NCBI GenBank assembly: GCA_047602405.1
Contig: JASGHJ010000002.1
Coordinates: 352,001-416,000, forward strand
DNA from: Anaeromyxobacteraceae bacterium
Lineage (GTDB): Bacteria; Myxococcota; Myxococcia; Myxococcales; Anaeromyxobacteraceae
Direction: 5' to 3'
Length of the DNA: 64,000 nt
Of this stretch, positions 36,953 through 46,705 are shown piece by piece. The notes beneath the pieces were generated by a model, which saw only the letters and a list, made by a program, of their open reading frames with translations, made no database searches and was not told the DNA's origin. A program made the position numbers and the translations under genes. Within the stretch, counting starts at the first letter, position 1, and every line of letters begins with the position of its first letter.

Positions 36953-38212
36953 ATGACCCTCCGTGCCCGGATTCACCGGGGCGCCGCCCAGGTCGGCGGC
37001 AACTGTGTCGAGCTCGAAGCGGCAGGCCAGCGAATCTTGCTGGACCTGGGGATGCCCCTCGACGCGCAGGACGGCGAGGTCCCGCTGCCGGACGTGGCGG
37101 GCCTGACGTCCCCGGACCCCTCTTTGCTCGGGATCGTGATCTCGCACCTGCACGGTGATCACTGCGGGCTCGTGCCTCACGTCCGCCCGGACATCCCGCT
37201 CGCGATGGGGCCCGTGGCGGCCCGCATCCTGCGCGAGGCGGAGTTCTTCACCGGACGGGAGCCGCTGCCCGAGCCGCGCTGGCCGCTGCGCGACCGCGAG
37301 CCGTTCGAGATCGGCCCGTTTCGCATCACGCCGTACGCGGTCGAACACAGCGCCATCGACGCTTTCGCCCTCCTCGTGGAGGTGGGCGGGCGCCGACTCT
37401 TCTACACCGGCGACTTCCGCGCGCACGGGAACGACCGGTCTCCGTTCGAGCGGCTCGTCCGGGACCCTCCGCGCGATGTCCACGCGATGCTGATGGAGGG
37501 GACGCAGATCGGCGAAGGCAGGGAAGGGGAGGGTCCAGGTGAAGACGCCTTGAGGGCCACCCTGACGCGCCGGTTCCAGGAATGGCCAGGTCTCGTCCTC
37601 GCGGCGTGGTCCTCGCAGAACCTGGATCGCACGCGCACCTTCCACGAGGCGGCGCGCGACGCTGGAAGGACGCTGGTGGTGGACCTGTACACGGCGACAC
37701 TGGCCGCTGCCGCGAAGGCTCCAGGCGTGCCGGTGCCGGGCGACGTAGGGCTCCAGGTGTACTGCCGGCTCCGCGAGCGGATTCAGGTCAAAGCTGCGAG
37801 GGCGTTCGAGCGGACCAGCGGGGTGCGGGGCGCGAGGGTGTTCCCCGAGGAGCTCTCCCGGCGCGCGGGAGAGCTGGTCTTGATGCTGCGACCGTCGATG
37901 ATCCGCGAGCTCGATCGCGCCGGCGCCCTCGAGGGCGCGCTCGCGATCTGGTCGATGTGGCGCGGCTACCTGTCGCAGCCGACGGAGCGGCGGATGGTGG
38001 ACTGTCTCGCGCAATGCAGCGTGCCGCTCGAGGTCCACCACGTCTCGGGGCACGCGTACGTTAGGGATCTGCGACGTCTGGTGAACGCGGTACGGCCGGA
38101 TCGCGTGATCCCGATCCACACGGCCGAGCCTAGCCGGTACGCTCGGACGATTCCTGGTACCAGCGCGCAACTGGACGGCGCCTGGTGGACCGTCGGCAGG
38201 GGGTTTTCATGA
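36953..38212 (+). CDS. MBL-fold beta-CASP (RNase J-like) nuclease
   Basis: GAAQVGGNC, SHLHGDH, VEHS, YTGDFRAHG, LMEGT, HVSGHA, IPIHT. Confidence 0.88.
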   Translation: MTLRARIHRGAAQVGGNCVELEAAGQRILLDLGMPLDAQDGEVPLPDVAGLTSPDPSLLGIVISHLHGDHCGLVPHVRPDIPLAMGPVAARILREAEFFTGREPLPEPRWPLRDREPFEIGPFRITPYAVEHSAIDAFALLVEVGGRRLFYTGDFRAHGNDRSPFERLVRDPPRDVHAMLMEGTQIGEGREGEGPGEDALRATLTRRFQEWPGLVLAAWSSQNLDRTRTFHEAARDAGRTLVVDLYTATLAAAAKAPGVPVPGDVGLQVYCRLRERIQVKAARAFERTSGVRGARVFPEELSRRAGELVLMLRPSMIRELDRAGALEGALAIWSMWRGYLSQPTERRMVDCLAQCSVPLEVHHVSGHAYVRDLRRLVNAVRPDRVIPIHTAEPSRYARTIPGTSAQLDGAWWTVGRGFS

Positions 38213-39171
38213 AGTCCGTCAATGACATCGTGCGCGACGTGGAGACCTTGCTCGATGATCCGTCAGGGGCGAAGCAGGTCGCCGCCGTGGTCGAGTACCT
38301 CGAGCGGCTCATCGCGCTCGAGGACGACAGGCTCGAGCAGTTGCCAGGGATCCGACGCAGGAAGGGGATGCTCTTCTTCTCCACCACCGGGAAGCTGCTC
38401 AGGCCCAAGGCCACGCTCGACGTTCGGATCAACGGACGGTTCGTCGGCGACGTCGCGCTCAGCGATGACGGAGCGAGGACGTTCCGGCCGGCGAAGGAGT
38501 GGAGGGGAGATTGGCCCAGAGGCGAGAGAATCGACTGGGCGGATCCTCGAGTGCTGGGGTTCTTGAGGGCGCGGGAGCGGGACCTTCCCAGGAAGGACCT
38601 CGAGGCCAAGGTTCAGAGTGCACTCTTTCACGCGATGCGGCAGAAGAGAGGGCCGAAGAAGCTGGAGGAGCTGCGCCACAACCAGCCGGTCCAGATGGCC
38701 CGGCAGCCCTTCCAGTTTCCCCTGCCCATCGCGGCGAGCGGAGCGACCCCGATGGTCGCAAAGGCGCCAGCGTTGGGCCACGCCGATATCCTGGCTCGCG
38801 GTCACGCAGGTCACAGGATCAAGGTCTTCGAGATCAAACGGCGTGGAGGCGACGCCCGACACGCCCTCGCGCAGGGGGTCGCGTATGCCGCCGCGATCCA
38901 GCGCCTCCTCACCGTGTCCGCGGTCACCTACCGCGCGCTCGGGTTCCGCAAGGCCCGGAGCAGGGCGCCGAGGTTCGAGGTATGGGCGTTCGTGCACGAG
39001 GATGACGTCGGCGAGGTCCTCGCCAGCGGCAAGGATCTCGTGGTCGCGAACGACCACTACGACCTCCATGTCCTGACCTATCGCCTGGAAGGCGATCAGC
39101 CGCTCACGCTGGGGGCCCCGATTGCCGTGGGAAAGGCGCAGAGCAAAGCCGGCAGCCGGAGGGCATCGTAG
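38209..39171 (+). CDS. Putative PD-(D/E)xK nuclease
   Basis: ATGA overlap with the MBL gene; GHADILAR...VFEIK...ALAQGVAYA. Confidence 0.6.
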   Translation: MKSVNDIVRDVETLLDDPSGAKQVAAVVEYLERLIALEDDRLEQLPGIRRRKGMLFFSTTGKLLRPKATLDVRINGRFVGDVALSDDGARTFRPAKEWRGDWPRGERIDWADPRVLGFLRARERDLPRKDLEAKVQSALFHAMRQKRGPKKLEELRHNQPVQMARQPFQFPLPIAASGATPMVAKAPALGHADILARGHAGHRIKVFEIKRRGGDARHALAQGVAYAAAIQRLLTVSAVTYRALGFRKARSRAPRFEVWAFVHEDDVGEVLASGKDLVVANDHYDLHVLTYRLEGDQPLTLGAPIAVGKAQSKAGSRRAS

Positions 39172-39223
39172 GACTGGCTCTGCCGCCGGTCACGACGCGC
39201 CGGTCCCACCTGCCGGTCTCGCA

Positions 39224-39778
39224 TCAGGCTGAGATCATCGATTCCCCGTCCATGCCGCTCGGCGGGTCGTACGTCCCGTGCCATCCGACGAGGACTCGCT
39301 CGAACGAGTCCACGTGGTACCGGGCTCCGGGAGGGATGACGATGACGGCGCCGGCGTACGCGACCCGCAGCTCGCGAGCCGCGGTCCTCCTCGCGCTCCC
39401 TTCCCACGCGCAGCTGCTGGGCAGGAGCGCGGGATCAGCGGGAGCCTCCCAGGATGAGTCCGCTGTCTGGGCTGCGTTCCGCAGGAGCCGCGAGAGGTCC
39501 CGATGGCCCTGCCGCTCCGCAACCGCCTCCGGCGTCTCGCCGTCCTTCGCACGCGCCGTGGCGGACGCTCCCAGGCGGATGAACGCTCGGGCCGCGTCCT
39601 CGTGGCCGGAGTAGGCGGCCTGGTGCAGGAACGTCCACCCGGACGAGGCCCGCCGGTAGCGGCTGCAGCTCGCCGCGAGCTCGCGCTCGCCCGCGAGCGC
39701 GGCCAGCACCCGGGACCAGTTGCCGGCCTTGGCCAGTTCGTACAGCCCGCGGATGACGTCAGGGCTCTTCTCGGGCAT
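39224..39778 (-). CDS. Ankyrin-repeat protein with an additional C-terminal domain
   Basis: SGWTFLHQAAYSGHEDAARAFIRLGA...DGETPEAVAERQGH; C-terminal GWHGTYDPPSGMDG. Confidence 0.8.
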   Translation of the reverse strand: MPEKSPDVIRGLYELAKAGNWSRVLAALAGERELAASCSRYRRASSGWTFLHQAAYSGHEDAARAFIRLGASATARAKDGETPEAVAERQGHRDLSRLLRNAAQTADSSWEAPADPALLPSSCAWEGSARRTAARELRVAYAGAVIVIPPGARYHVDSFERVLVGWHGTYDPPSGMDGESMISA

Positions 39779-40049
39779 GGGGCTCCATCAGTAGCAGAAC
39801 GACACGACGCCGTACTCACCGTCGTCGGGCAGCGCCGCGAGCTTCTCGCGGAGTGCGCCGAGCTCGCCCGGGCGAGCCCCGAACGAAGTCGAGCGTCTCG
39901 AGCTGGATGCCGTTCTTCCTGGCCCATTCCTGGATGGCGCCGTGGAAGTGGTTGTTTCTTGCCGGGATCGCCAGGTGCACCCAGCTGCCGGGCACCTCAC
40001 CGGCAGCATCGTACGAGGGGGACGGACATGCGGCGCGCGTGGACCGCCG

Positions 40050-40577
40050 CTACGGCTCCTCCCGCACCGCCACCTGCTTCGCCGAGAGCGCGAGCGCCTC
40101 GGCGGCGGTGCGGACGAGGTGCGGGCCGTCCCGGTGCGGCGCGACGCGCACGGCGGGGTAGGCGCGCATCCTCTCGATCAGCTCCACGGCCTCGCCGACC
40201 GCGATGAGGTCCCCGTCGGCGTACACGCCGCCGGGACCCTCCTCGACGAGGTTGTGTGGCTCGAGGATCGAGCGGAGCTCGGCGACGAGCTCCGGGGTGG
40301 GGAAGGGGACGAGCAGCGAGCCGATGGCCCCGTGGTCGATCCGGAGCCGCCGCCAGTCCGGATGCTGCACGCCGCCGCGGGCCCGGCGGAGCGCCGGGAA
40401 GAGGACCTTCTCCTCGATGGCGATGTGACGGAGGATCCCGGCGCGGAACTCGGCGAAGGCCGTCGGCTCCACGGCGCCGGGCCGGGCCACGGAGCGCGCG
40501 AGCAGCGCGTGCAGCACCGCGTGGTCCTGCTCGAGGTAGTGGGTGACGGGGCCGGGCGGCCTCGGGGTGCCGGACAC
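40050..40577 (-). CDS. Hemerythrin-like domain protein
   Basis: EQDH, RHIAIEEKVLFP, DHG, HNLVEE. Confidence 0.8.
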   Translation of the reverse strand: MSGTPRPPGPVTHYLEQDHAVLHALLARSVARPGAVEPTAFAEFRAGILRHIAIEEKVLFPALRRARGGVQHPDWRRLRIDHGAIGSLLVPFPTPELVAELRSILEPHNLVEEGPGGVYADGDLIAVGEAVELIERMRAYPAVRVAPHRDGPHLVRTAAEALALSAKQVAVREEP

Positions 40578-40586
40578 GTCGGCCTC

Positions 40587-41234
40587 TCAGTGCGCGTGCT
40601 CGCCGTGGCCTGCGGCCGGCGCAGCGCCGCTGTGGCCAGCGTGGTCCGCCGCGGCCGCCTCCGCGCCGCCGTGCCCGTGCCCCCCGGGCCCGCGGGCGGC
40701 GGCGAGCACACCCTCGGCCCAGTGGATGAAGGGGACGTACGCGGCCACCCAGCGGCGCCCGGCCGCGACGTCTGCGCCCGGCGCCTTCTCGGCCTGGAGC
40801 CGCGCGACGTGCCGGTGCAGCCCCTCGCGTACCTCCGCGACCAGCAGCGCCTCGAGCTCGGCGGGCTTGCCGCCGGCGATCACGCGGTCGGCGGCCGCGA
40901 TGCCGGGGTCCACGGCGCCGGCGGGCTTGAGGCCGGTGTACGGCGCGCCCTCGCCGGCGCGGTGGACGCGGACGAGCGTCTCGAAGAACCAGGTGTCGGC
41001 GAGCTCGCGGGCCTCCTTGCCACCCTTGCGGACGGCGCGGGCCTGCTCGAACGCATTGCGGATCTCCGCCTCGTCGGCGGGCTGGACCCAGGCGAGCACC
41101 GGCTCGAGCTTGCCGGACTCGAGCGCGGCGCGCGCGGCGACCACCACCGGGCCGTCGAGGGTGTCGCAGTGAGCGCGCGCGGCGGAGGGGCCGACGGCGA
41201 GGAGGAGCGAGACGAACAGGAGCGACTTCTTCAT
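40587..41234 (-). CDS. Secreted DUF6448-like protein with His-rich tail
   Basis: Signal peptide, then AHCDTLDGPVV, FFETLVRVHRAGEGAPYTGLKP. Confidence 0.8.
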   Translation of the reverse strand: MKKSLLFVSLLLAVGPSAARAHCDTLDGPVVVAARAALESGKLEPVLAWVQPADEAEIRNAFEQARAVRKGGKEARELADTWFFETLVRVHRAGEGAPYTGLKPAGAVDPGIAAADRVIAGGKPAELEALLVAEVREGLHRHVARLQAEKAPGADVAAGRRWVAAYVPFIHWAEGVLAAARGPGGHGHGGAEAAAADHAGHSGAAPAAGHGEHAH

Positions 41235-41911
41235 GGCTTCTCACCTCTGGGCCGGCTGCGGCCCGGCTGACGTGGTCCGCGCCGGGGGGCACGGACGCCG
41301 CGGGCCCTTCGCCCGCGAAGGAAGGTCTCGAGCGCGCTCCAGACGCGCGGGGCAAGCGCCGCGACGGGCGTGCCGCCGTCGGCGAGGCGGCCGTGCCCGA
41401 GCGCGAGCAGGGCGCCGAGGAGCACGACCGCGGCCTCCTCCACGCCGAGCTCCGGCGCGAGGAGGCCGGCCCCGTGCGCTTCGGAGAGGCACTCGCGCAC
41501 GAAGCCGGTGGAGCGGCGGCGGAAGCCGGCGACCCGCCGCACGCCGGCGGCCGAGCCCGCCTTCGCGAGCTCGTCGCCGGCCACGAGGGACGAGATCCCC
41601 GGGTTGTCCCGGATGACCAGCACCCGGCGCTGGAAGAACGCGCCCAGCCGCTCGACGGGGTCGGCGTCCCGGGGCGGGAAGCCGTCGAAGAGGAGCTCCT
41701 CGACCCGATCGATGGCCGCGGCGACGATCGCCTCCTTCGACGGGAAGTGCCGGAAGAGCGCCGCGTCGCTGAGGCCGAGCTCCCGGGCGATCGCGAGCGC
41801 GGTGAAGCCGCCCACGCCTCGCGCGGCGATGACCCGCAGCGCCGCGTCCGCGATCTCGCGGCGCCGATCCTCGGTGGGCTTGCGGGGGACCCGCTCCGGG
41901 CGAGCGTCCAT
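41231..41911 (-). CDS. TetR/AcrR-family regulator
   Basis: FTALAIARELGLSDAALFRHFPSKEAI. Confidence 0.92.
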   Translation of the reverse strand: MDARPERVPRKPTEDRRREIADAALRVIAARGVGGFTALAIARELGLSDAALFRHFPSKEAIVAAAIDRVEELLFDGFPPRDADPVERLGAFFQRRVLVIRDNPGISSLVAGDELAKAGSAAGVRRVAGFRRRSTGFVRECLSEAHGAGLLAPELGVEEAAVVLLGALLALGHGRLADGGTPVAALAPRVWSALETFLRGRRARGVRAPRRGPRQPGRSRPRGEKP

Positions 41912-41929
41912 GCCGGGCAGTATGAAGTA

Positions 41930-41943
41930 AGTGAGTACTCACT
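41930..41943. promoter_or_regulatory. Perfect 14-bp palindrome, candidate TetR operator
   Basis: AGTGAGTACTCACT in an AT-rich patch 18 bp upstream of the tetR ATG, between divergent genes. Confidence 0.7.
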
Positions 41944-42058
41944 AGCAAGACCCTCGCGGGCGGGAGGACGGTCGCCGGGCGGGTTTGCCGGCCCCGGCCG
42001 GGGAGGGCTCCCCGTCCTGGCCGTGTAACCCGGCCTTCCGCCGGGCATCCAAGGGTGC

Positions 42059-43192
42059 ATGGAGACGTTCAGGTACCTCATCGTGGGCGCCGGCATGACG
42101 GCGCACGCCGCGGCGAGCGCGATCCGGGGCGCCGACCCGTCCGCCGCGATCGCGATGCTCGGCGACGAGCCTGTGGGCCCGTATGCCCGGCCGCCGCTCT
42201 CGAAGGCGCTCTGGACGGGCCAGGAGGAGCGCACGATTCTGGCTCCCGCCGGTGGAGGGGCTCACGCTCCGGACGGACGCCTCGGTCGCCGCCATCGACC
42301 CGGCCAGCCGAAGGGTCCGGCTGCGGAGCGGAGAGGAGCTCGGCTACGAGCGGCTCCTGCTGGCGACCGGCGGGACGCCCCGGCGCGTGCCCGCGTGGGG
42401 CGACGGCGTGGTGTACTTCCGGACCATCGCGGACCAGCGCAGGCTGCGCGCGCTCCCGGTGGGGAGCCGCGTGGTGGTCGTCGGCGGCGGGTTCATCGGG
42501 TCGGAGCTCGCCGCGTCGCTCACGACCGCCGGGTACCGCGTCACGCTGGTCTTCCCCGAGGACGGCATCGGGGCCCGGCTCTTCCCGCGCGACCTCTCGG
42601 CGCACGTGACCCGGGACTACGGGCAGCGCGGCGTCGACGTGCGCCCGCGCGAGCGGGTCCTGGGCGTCGCGCCGCGCGGGGACCGCTCGGTCGTGACGCT
42701 CGGTGGAGGCGAGGTGACGGCGGAGCTCGTGGTCGCGGGGCTCGGGCTCGCGCCGAACACCGCCCTCGCGGAGCAGGCCGGGCTCGCGGTGGACGACGGC
42801 ATCGTGGTCGACGAGCACCTCCGGACGTCCGCCCCGGACGTCTGGGCCGCGGGCGACGTGGCGCGGTTCCCGTCGGCCGTGCTCGGCGGGAAGGTCCGCT
42901 TCGAGCACGAGGACAACGCGCTCACGATGGGCCGCCACGCGGGGCTGTCGATGGCCGGGGCGGCGGAGCCCTACCGCCACCTGCCCTTCTTCTACTCGGA
43001 CCTCTTCGACGCCGGCTACGAGGCCGTGGGCACGCTCGACTCGCGCCTCGAGGTCGTGGCGGACTGGGAGGAGCCGTTCAGGAAGGGCGTCCTCGAGTAC
43101 CGCGACGCGGGCCGCGCCGTCGGCGTGCTGACGTGGGGATCTTCGGCCAGATGGAGGAGGCGCGCGCCCGGCTGCGCGCGGCCGCCGCGTAG
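42059..43192 (+). CDS. FAD/NAD-dependent oxidoreductase (ferredoxin reductase-like); compensating +1 (42235-39) and -1 (43135-41) frameshifts
   Basis: IVGAG, PYARPPLSK, then in the shifted frame LLLATG, VVGGGFIG, WAAGDVA, PFFYSDLF. Confidence 0.85.
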   Translation: METFRYLIVGAGMTAHAAASAIRGADPSAAIAMLGDEPVGPYARPPLSKALWTGQEERTILAPAGGGAHAPDGRLGRRHRPGQPKGPAAERRGARLRAAPAGDRRDAPARARVGRRRGVLPDHRGPAQAARAPGGEPRGGRRRRVHRVGARRVAHDRRVPRHAGLPRGRHRGPALPARPLGARDPGLRAARRRRAPARAGPGRRAARGPLGRDARWRRGDGGARGRGARARAEHRPRGAGRARGGRRHRGRRAPPDVRPGRLGRGRRGAVPVGRARREGPLRARGQRAHDGPPRGAVDGRGGGALPPPALLLLGPLRRRLRGRGHARLAPRGRGGLGGAVQEGRPRVPRRGPRRRRADVGIFGQMEEARARLRAAAA

Positions 43193-43198
43193 GTCCGA

Positions 43199-43450
43199 TC
43201 AGCGCCGGAGCTCCCAGCGCCGCGGCGCGATCATGGGATCCACGACCATCGGCAGCCCCAGGAACTTCGTGCCGGGCTCCGGGTCGTACCCGTAGACGAG
43301 CCTGGCGTGCTCCGGCGCCAGGACGAGGACGCACCGCGCGTCCGTCGTCCGGACGCTCGCGAGCGCCTCCAGGATCTCCTGCCGAGCCGAAGCGCGCCGG
43401 GAATGGCGCACGCGTCCCTGCCCGACGTCGTCGTGAACCGAGCCGCCCAT
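43199..43450 (-). CDS. Hypothetical protein
   Basis: 83-aa ORF in an intergenic gap; no motif recognised. Confidence 0.4.
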   Translation of the reverse strand: MGGSVHDDVGQGRVRHSRRASARQEILEALASVRTTDARCVLVLAPEHARLVYGYDPEPGTKFLGLPMVVDPMIAPRRWELRR

Positions 43451-43599
43451 CGTCCCCCCCGGGGTGCCTGCCTTCCATCTGGGAGGGGAGGGCGGCCTGT
43501 TCGTGACGGCCCACCGCCCGGGGAGCGGGATCAGAGCGGGGAATGGGACTCAGGGTGCAGTGGCGCGACGCTCCGAGGCAGCGCGCGAGGGCGGCGCTC

Positions 43600-43998
43600 T
43601 CACTCCTCGTCCTCATCGAACACGAGCCCGCGGTGCTGCGCGTCCCTCACCATCCGGTCGAGGAGCCGACGCACGTGCTGCGCGAGCTCGGCGTCGTCGC
43701 CGGCGGGCTCGGGCGCGCGCGGACCGCCGGCGAGGAGCGCGAACGCGGTCCACTCGAGCGGCGCGATGCCGAGCCACTCGTCCCGCCGATGGCCGTCGGC
43801 GCTCGCGCGGAACCGCTCCAGGTCGACGCCGACGGGCCGCAGCTGGAGGTAGCGGCCGCGCGGGTCGCGCCGCACGTCGACCGCCCAGTGCCGCCGGGCG
43901 GAGTCCTGGAGCTCGACCGTCCCGAGGGGGCCGGACGCCGCGCCGAGCGCAGCACGGGCCGGGTGGCGGGCGACGAGCTCCTCGAGCGAGAGCGGCAT
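43600..43998 (-). CDS. Hypothetical protein
   Basis: AGGAGG RBS; 132-aa ORF. Confidence 0.7.
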   Translation of the reverse strand: MPLSLEELVARHPARAALGAASGPLGTVELQDSARRHWAVDVRRDPRGRYLQLRPVGVDLERFRASADGHRRDEWLGIAPLEWTAFALLAGGPRAPEPAGDDAELAQHVRRLLDRMVRDAQHRGLVFDEDEE

Positions 43999-44123
43999 GG
44001 GGTTCCTCCTGGCCGGCGGCGCGGCGCGATGCGACCCCAGATACGCGCGCCGCGCGCCGGCGGCAAGCGAGGTCCACTCACATGGCCCGATCGGGCGCCC
44101 GGAGGCGCTATCCTCGCGTCCGC

Positions 44124-44546
44124 ATGGCCCCTGCCTCCGACGAACCGTGCCCCTGCGGCGGCGCGCGCTACGCGAGCTGCTGCGGCCCGCGCCACGACGG
44201 CTCGCGGCCGGCCGAGACCGCCGTGGCGCTCATGCGCTCGCGCTACTCGGCCTTCGCCCACTGCCTCCCGGACTACCTCCTCGCCACGCACGCCGCCCCG
44301 GCGACCGCCGAGGAGCGGCGGGCGCTCGAGGCGGCCGCCGCCGCGGTGACCTGGCTCGGCCTCACCGTCCACCGCACCGAGGCCGGCGGTCCTGCGGACG
44401 ACCACGGCGTGGTGGAGTTCACGGCGCGCTCCCGAGACGACCGGTTCAGCTACGCGCTCCGCGAGCGCTCCCGGTTCCGGCGGGTCGACGGGCGGTGGCT
44501 CTACGTCGACGGTGAGTCGAAGGTGAAGCGCACGCCGATGCCCTGA
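44124..44546 (+). CDS. ychJ: YchJ family (SEC-C motif) protein
   Basis: CPCGG..Y..CC, ALMRSRYSAF, GVVEF.A, ERSRF, WLYVDG. Confidence 0.9.
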   Translation: MAPASDEPCPCGGARYASCCGPRHDGSRPAETAVALMRSRYSAFAHCLPDYLLATHAAPATAEERRALEAAAAAVTWLGLTVHRTEAGGPADDHGVVEFTARSRDDRFSYALRERSRFRRVDGRWLYVDGESKVKRTPMP

Positions 44547-44604
44547 GCGAGCGCCGCGGCCGGGCCCGGCCGGGCGGCCGGCCTTGCCGTAAGATGCCGC
44601 CGCC

Positions 44605-45993
44605 ATGGCCCTCGACCTCTCGCCGACCGAGTTCCGCGCGCTCGCGGACCAGCTCACCTCCCTCGCGGCGGAGTACCTGGAGCGCCTCGACGCGCGCCCG
44701 ATCCGGCCCGAGGTCTCCGGCGAGCAGCTGGAGCACCTGCTCGGCGGACCCGCGCCGCGGCAGGGCCGGCGCAGCGAGGTCGTGGCGCTCCTGCGCGGCG
44801 TGGTCGAGGGCGCCCGCGCGCAGAACGGCCGGTTCCTCGGCTACGTGATGGGCTCCGGAGAGCCCGCGGGCGCCGCGGCCGACCTGCTCGCGAGCGTGCT
44901 CAACCAGAACCTCACCGCGTGGCGCTCGTCGCCGGCGGGCGTCACCCTCGAGCGCACCGTCGTGCGGTGGCTCGCGGAGGCCATCGGCTGCGCGGGCTTC
45001 ACCGGGAGCCTCACCGGCGGCGGCTCCTCGGCGAACCTCATGGGGCTCGCGATGGCCCGGGAGGCGAAGGCGCCCGCCAACGAGCGCGGCCGCGCCGAGG
45101 GCGTGGTGTACGCCTCCGAGCAGGTCCACATGTCGATCCCGAAGGCGGTCGCGCTGCTCGGGCTCGGCCGCGAGAACCTCCGCCTCGTGCCCACCGACCC
45201 GGCGCTCCGGCTGCGGCCCGACGCGCTGGAGGCCCTGATCGCGCGGGATCGCGCCGCCGGCCGGACGCCAATCGCGGTGGTCGCCTCGGCGGGGACCGTC
45301 GCGACGGGCGCCATCGACCCGCTCCCGGCCGTCGCCGACCTCGCGGCGCGGGAGGGGCTCTGGCTCCACGTCGACGGCGCGTACGGCGCGCTCGCGGCGA
45401 TGGCCGCCCCGGAGCGCTTCGAGGGGCTCGCGCGCGCCGACTCCCTCTCGCTCGACGCGCACAAGTGGCTGTACCAGGCGGTCGACTGCGGGTGCCTGCT
45501 CTTCAGGGATCGCGCCGCCGCGCGGCGGGCGTTCTCGCACACGGGCGACTACACGCGCTCCTTCACCGAGGATCCGCTCGAGGGGTTCGCCTTCTTCGAG
45601 GAGTCGCTGGAGCTCTCGCGGCGCTTCCGCGCGCTCCGGCTCTGGACCTCGCTCCAGTACCACGGCCTCGACGCCTTCCGGGACGCGGTGCGGCGCGATC
45701 TCTCGCACGCGGTGGCGCTCGCCGGGGCCGTCGAGCGCGAGCCGTCGCTCGAGCTGCTCGCGCCGGCCGGCCTGAGCGCGGTCTGCTTCCGCCACCGCTT
45801 CGCGGCAGACGCGGACGCGCGGAACCTCGCGCTCCTCGAGGCGGTGAACCGGCGCGGGCGGGTCTACCTCTCGAACGCCACCGTCCGCGGGTGCTTCGCG
45901 CTGCGCGCCTGCTTCGTGAACCACCGGACCACCGACGAGGACGTGCGGACGGTCGTCGACGAGGTGCTCGCGGCGGCGCGCGCGCTCGGCTGA
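44605..45993 (+). CDS. Group II PLP-dependent amino acid decarboxylase
   Basis: GGSSAN, HMSIPKA, AGTVATGAIDPL, WLHVDGAYG, DAHKWL. Confidence 0.92.
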   Translation: MALDLSPTEFRALADQLTSLAAEYLERLDARPIRPEVSGEQLEHLLGGPAPRQGRRSEVVALLRGVVEGARAQNGRFLGYVMGSGEPAGAAADLLASVLNQNLTAWRSSPAGVTLERTVVRWLAEAIGCAGFTGSLTGGGSSANLMGLAMAREAKAPANERGRAEGVVYASEQVHMSIPKAVALLGLGRENLRLVPTDPALRLRPDALEALIARDRAAGRTPIAVVASAGTVATGAIDPLPAVADLAAREGLWLHVDGAYGALAAMAAPERFEGLARADSLSLDAHKWLYQAVDCGCLLFRDRAAARRAFSHTGDYTRSFTEDPLEGFAFFEESLELSRRFRALRLWTSLQYHGLDAFRDAVRRDLSHAVALAGAVEREPSLELLAPAGLSAVCFRHRFAADADARNLALLEAVNRRGRVYLSNATVRGCFALRACFVNHRTTDEDVRTVVDEVLAAARALG

Positions 45994-45995
45994 GC

Positions 45996-46562
45996 TCAGG
46001 CCTCCCGGAGCGCGGCCCAGCCCGACGCGGCGCCGAACACGAAGAAGAGGCTCGCCGCGCCCACGCGGATCCACTTCAGGGAGACCTTCTCTGCGAGCTT
46101 CTCGCCCAGGAACACGGCGAGGCCGTCGGACGCGAGCATGCCGAGGGTGGTGCCGGTGGTCACGAGGAGCACCGACTGGTAGCGCGCGGCGAGGGCGACG
46201 GTCGCGAGCTGGGTCTTGTCCGCCATCTCGGCCAGGAAGAAGAGCACGGTGGTCGTGACGAACGGGCCGAAGCGATCCGGCTTCGTGTCCTCGTCGAGCG
46301 TGTCGGGCTTGAGCGTCCAGAGCCCGAACCCGATGAAGGTGACCGCGAGGAAACCGGCCATGACGCGGGGTGGCACGTGGGCCGAGATCCAGGCGCCCAC
46401 CCCCGCGGCGAGCGCGTGGTTGAGCACCGTCGCCGCGAGGATGCCGCCCATGACCACCCAGGGCCGCCGGTACTTGCTCGCGAGCGCGAGGGCGAGGAGC
46501 TGGGTCTTGTCGCCCATCTCGCTGACGGCGACGAGGAAGAAGGAGCTGACGATGGCGTCCAC
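45996..46562 (-). CDS. TMEM165/GDT1 (UPF0016) Mn/Ca transporter
   Basis: Two E-x-(G/A)-D-K-T-Q-L motifs (SEMGDKTQL, AEMADKTQL). Confidence 0.93.
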   Translation of the reverse strand: MDAIVSSFFLVAVSEMGDKTQLLALALASKYRRPWVVMGGILAATVLNHALAAGVGAWISAHVPPRVMAGFLAVTFIGFGLWTLKPDTLDEDTKPDRFGPFVTTTVLFFLAEMADKTQLATVALAARYQSVLLVTTGTTLGMLASDGLAVFLGEKLAEKVSLKWIRVGAASLFFVFGAASGWAALREA

Positions 46563-46705
46563 GGGCGGGAGGTTCCTCTCGGAGGGCGCGGGAGACTACC
46601 AGCGGCGGCGCGGGGCCAGCAATCGAAGATCCGAACGCCGTGCGCGGCCGCCGGGGTCGCCTTAGCACTCCAGGCTGCGGTGAACCTCCTCGAAGGAGCG
46701 GCCGG

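Noticed and set aside
39788..40030. Small ORF upstream of the ankyrin gene
   Set aside because: Coding-like sequence appears to switch frame and lacks a clear start; probably a remnant and cannot be called
46563..46700. yybP-ykoY Mn riboswitch expected upstream of the GDT1 gene
   Set aside because: The conserved core could not be recognised by eye; an Rfam scan is needed
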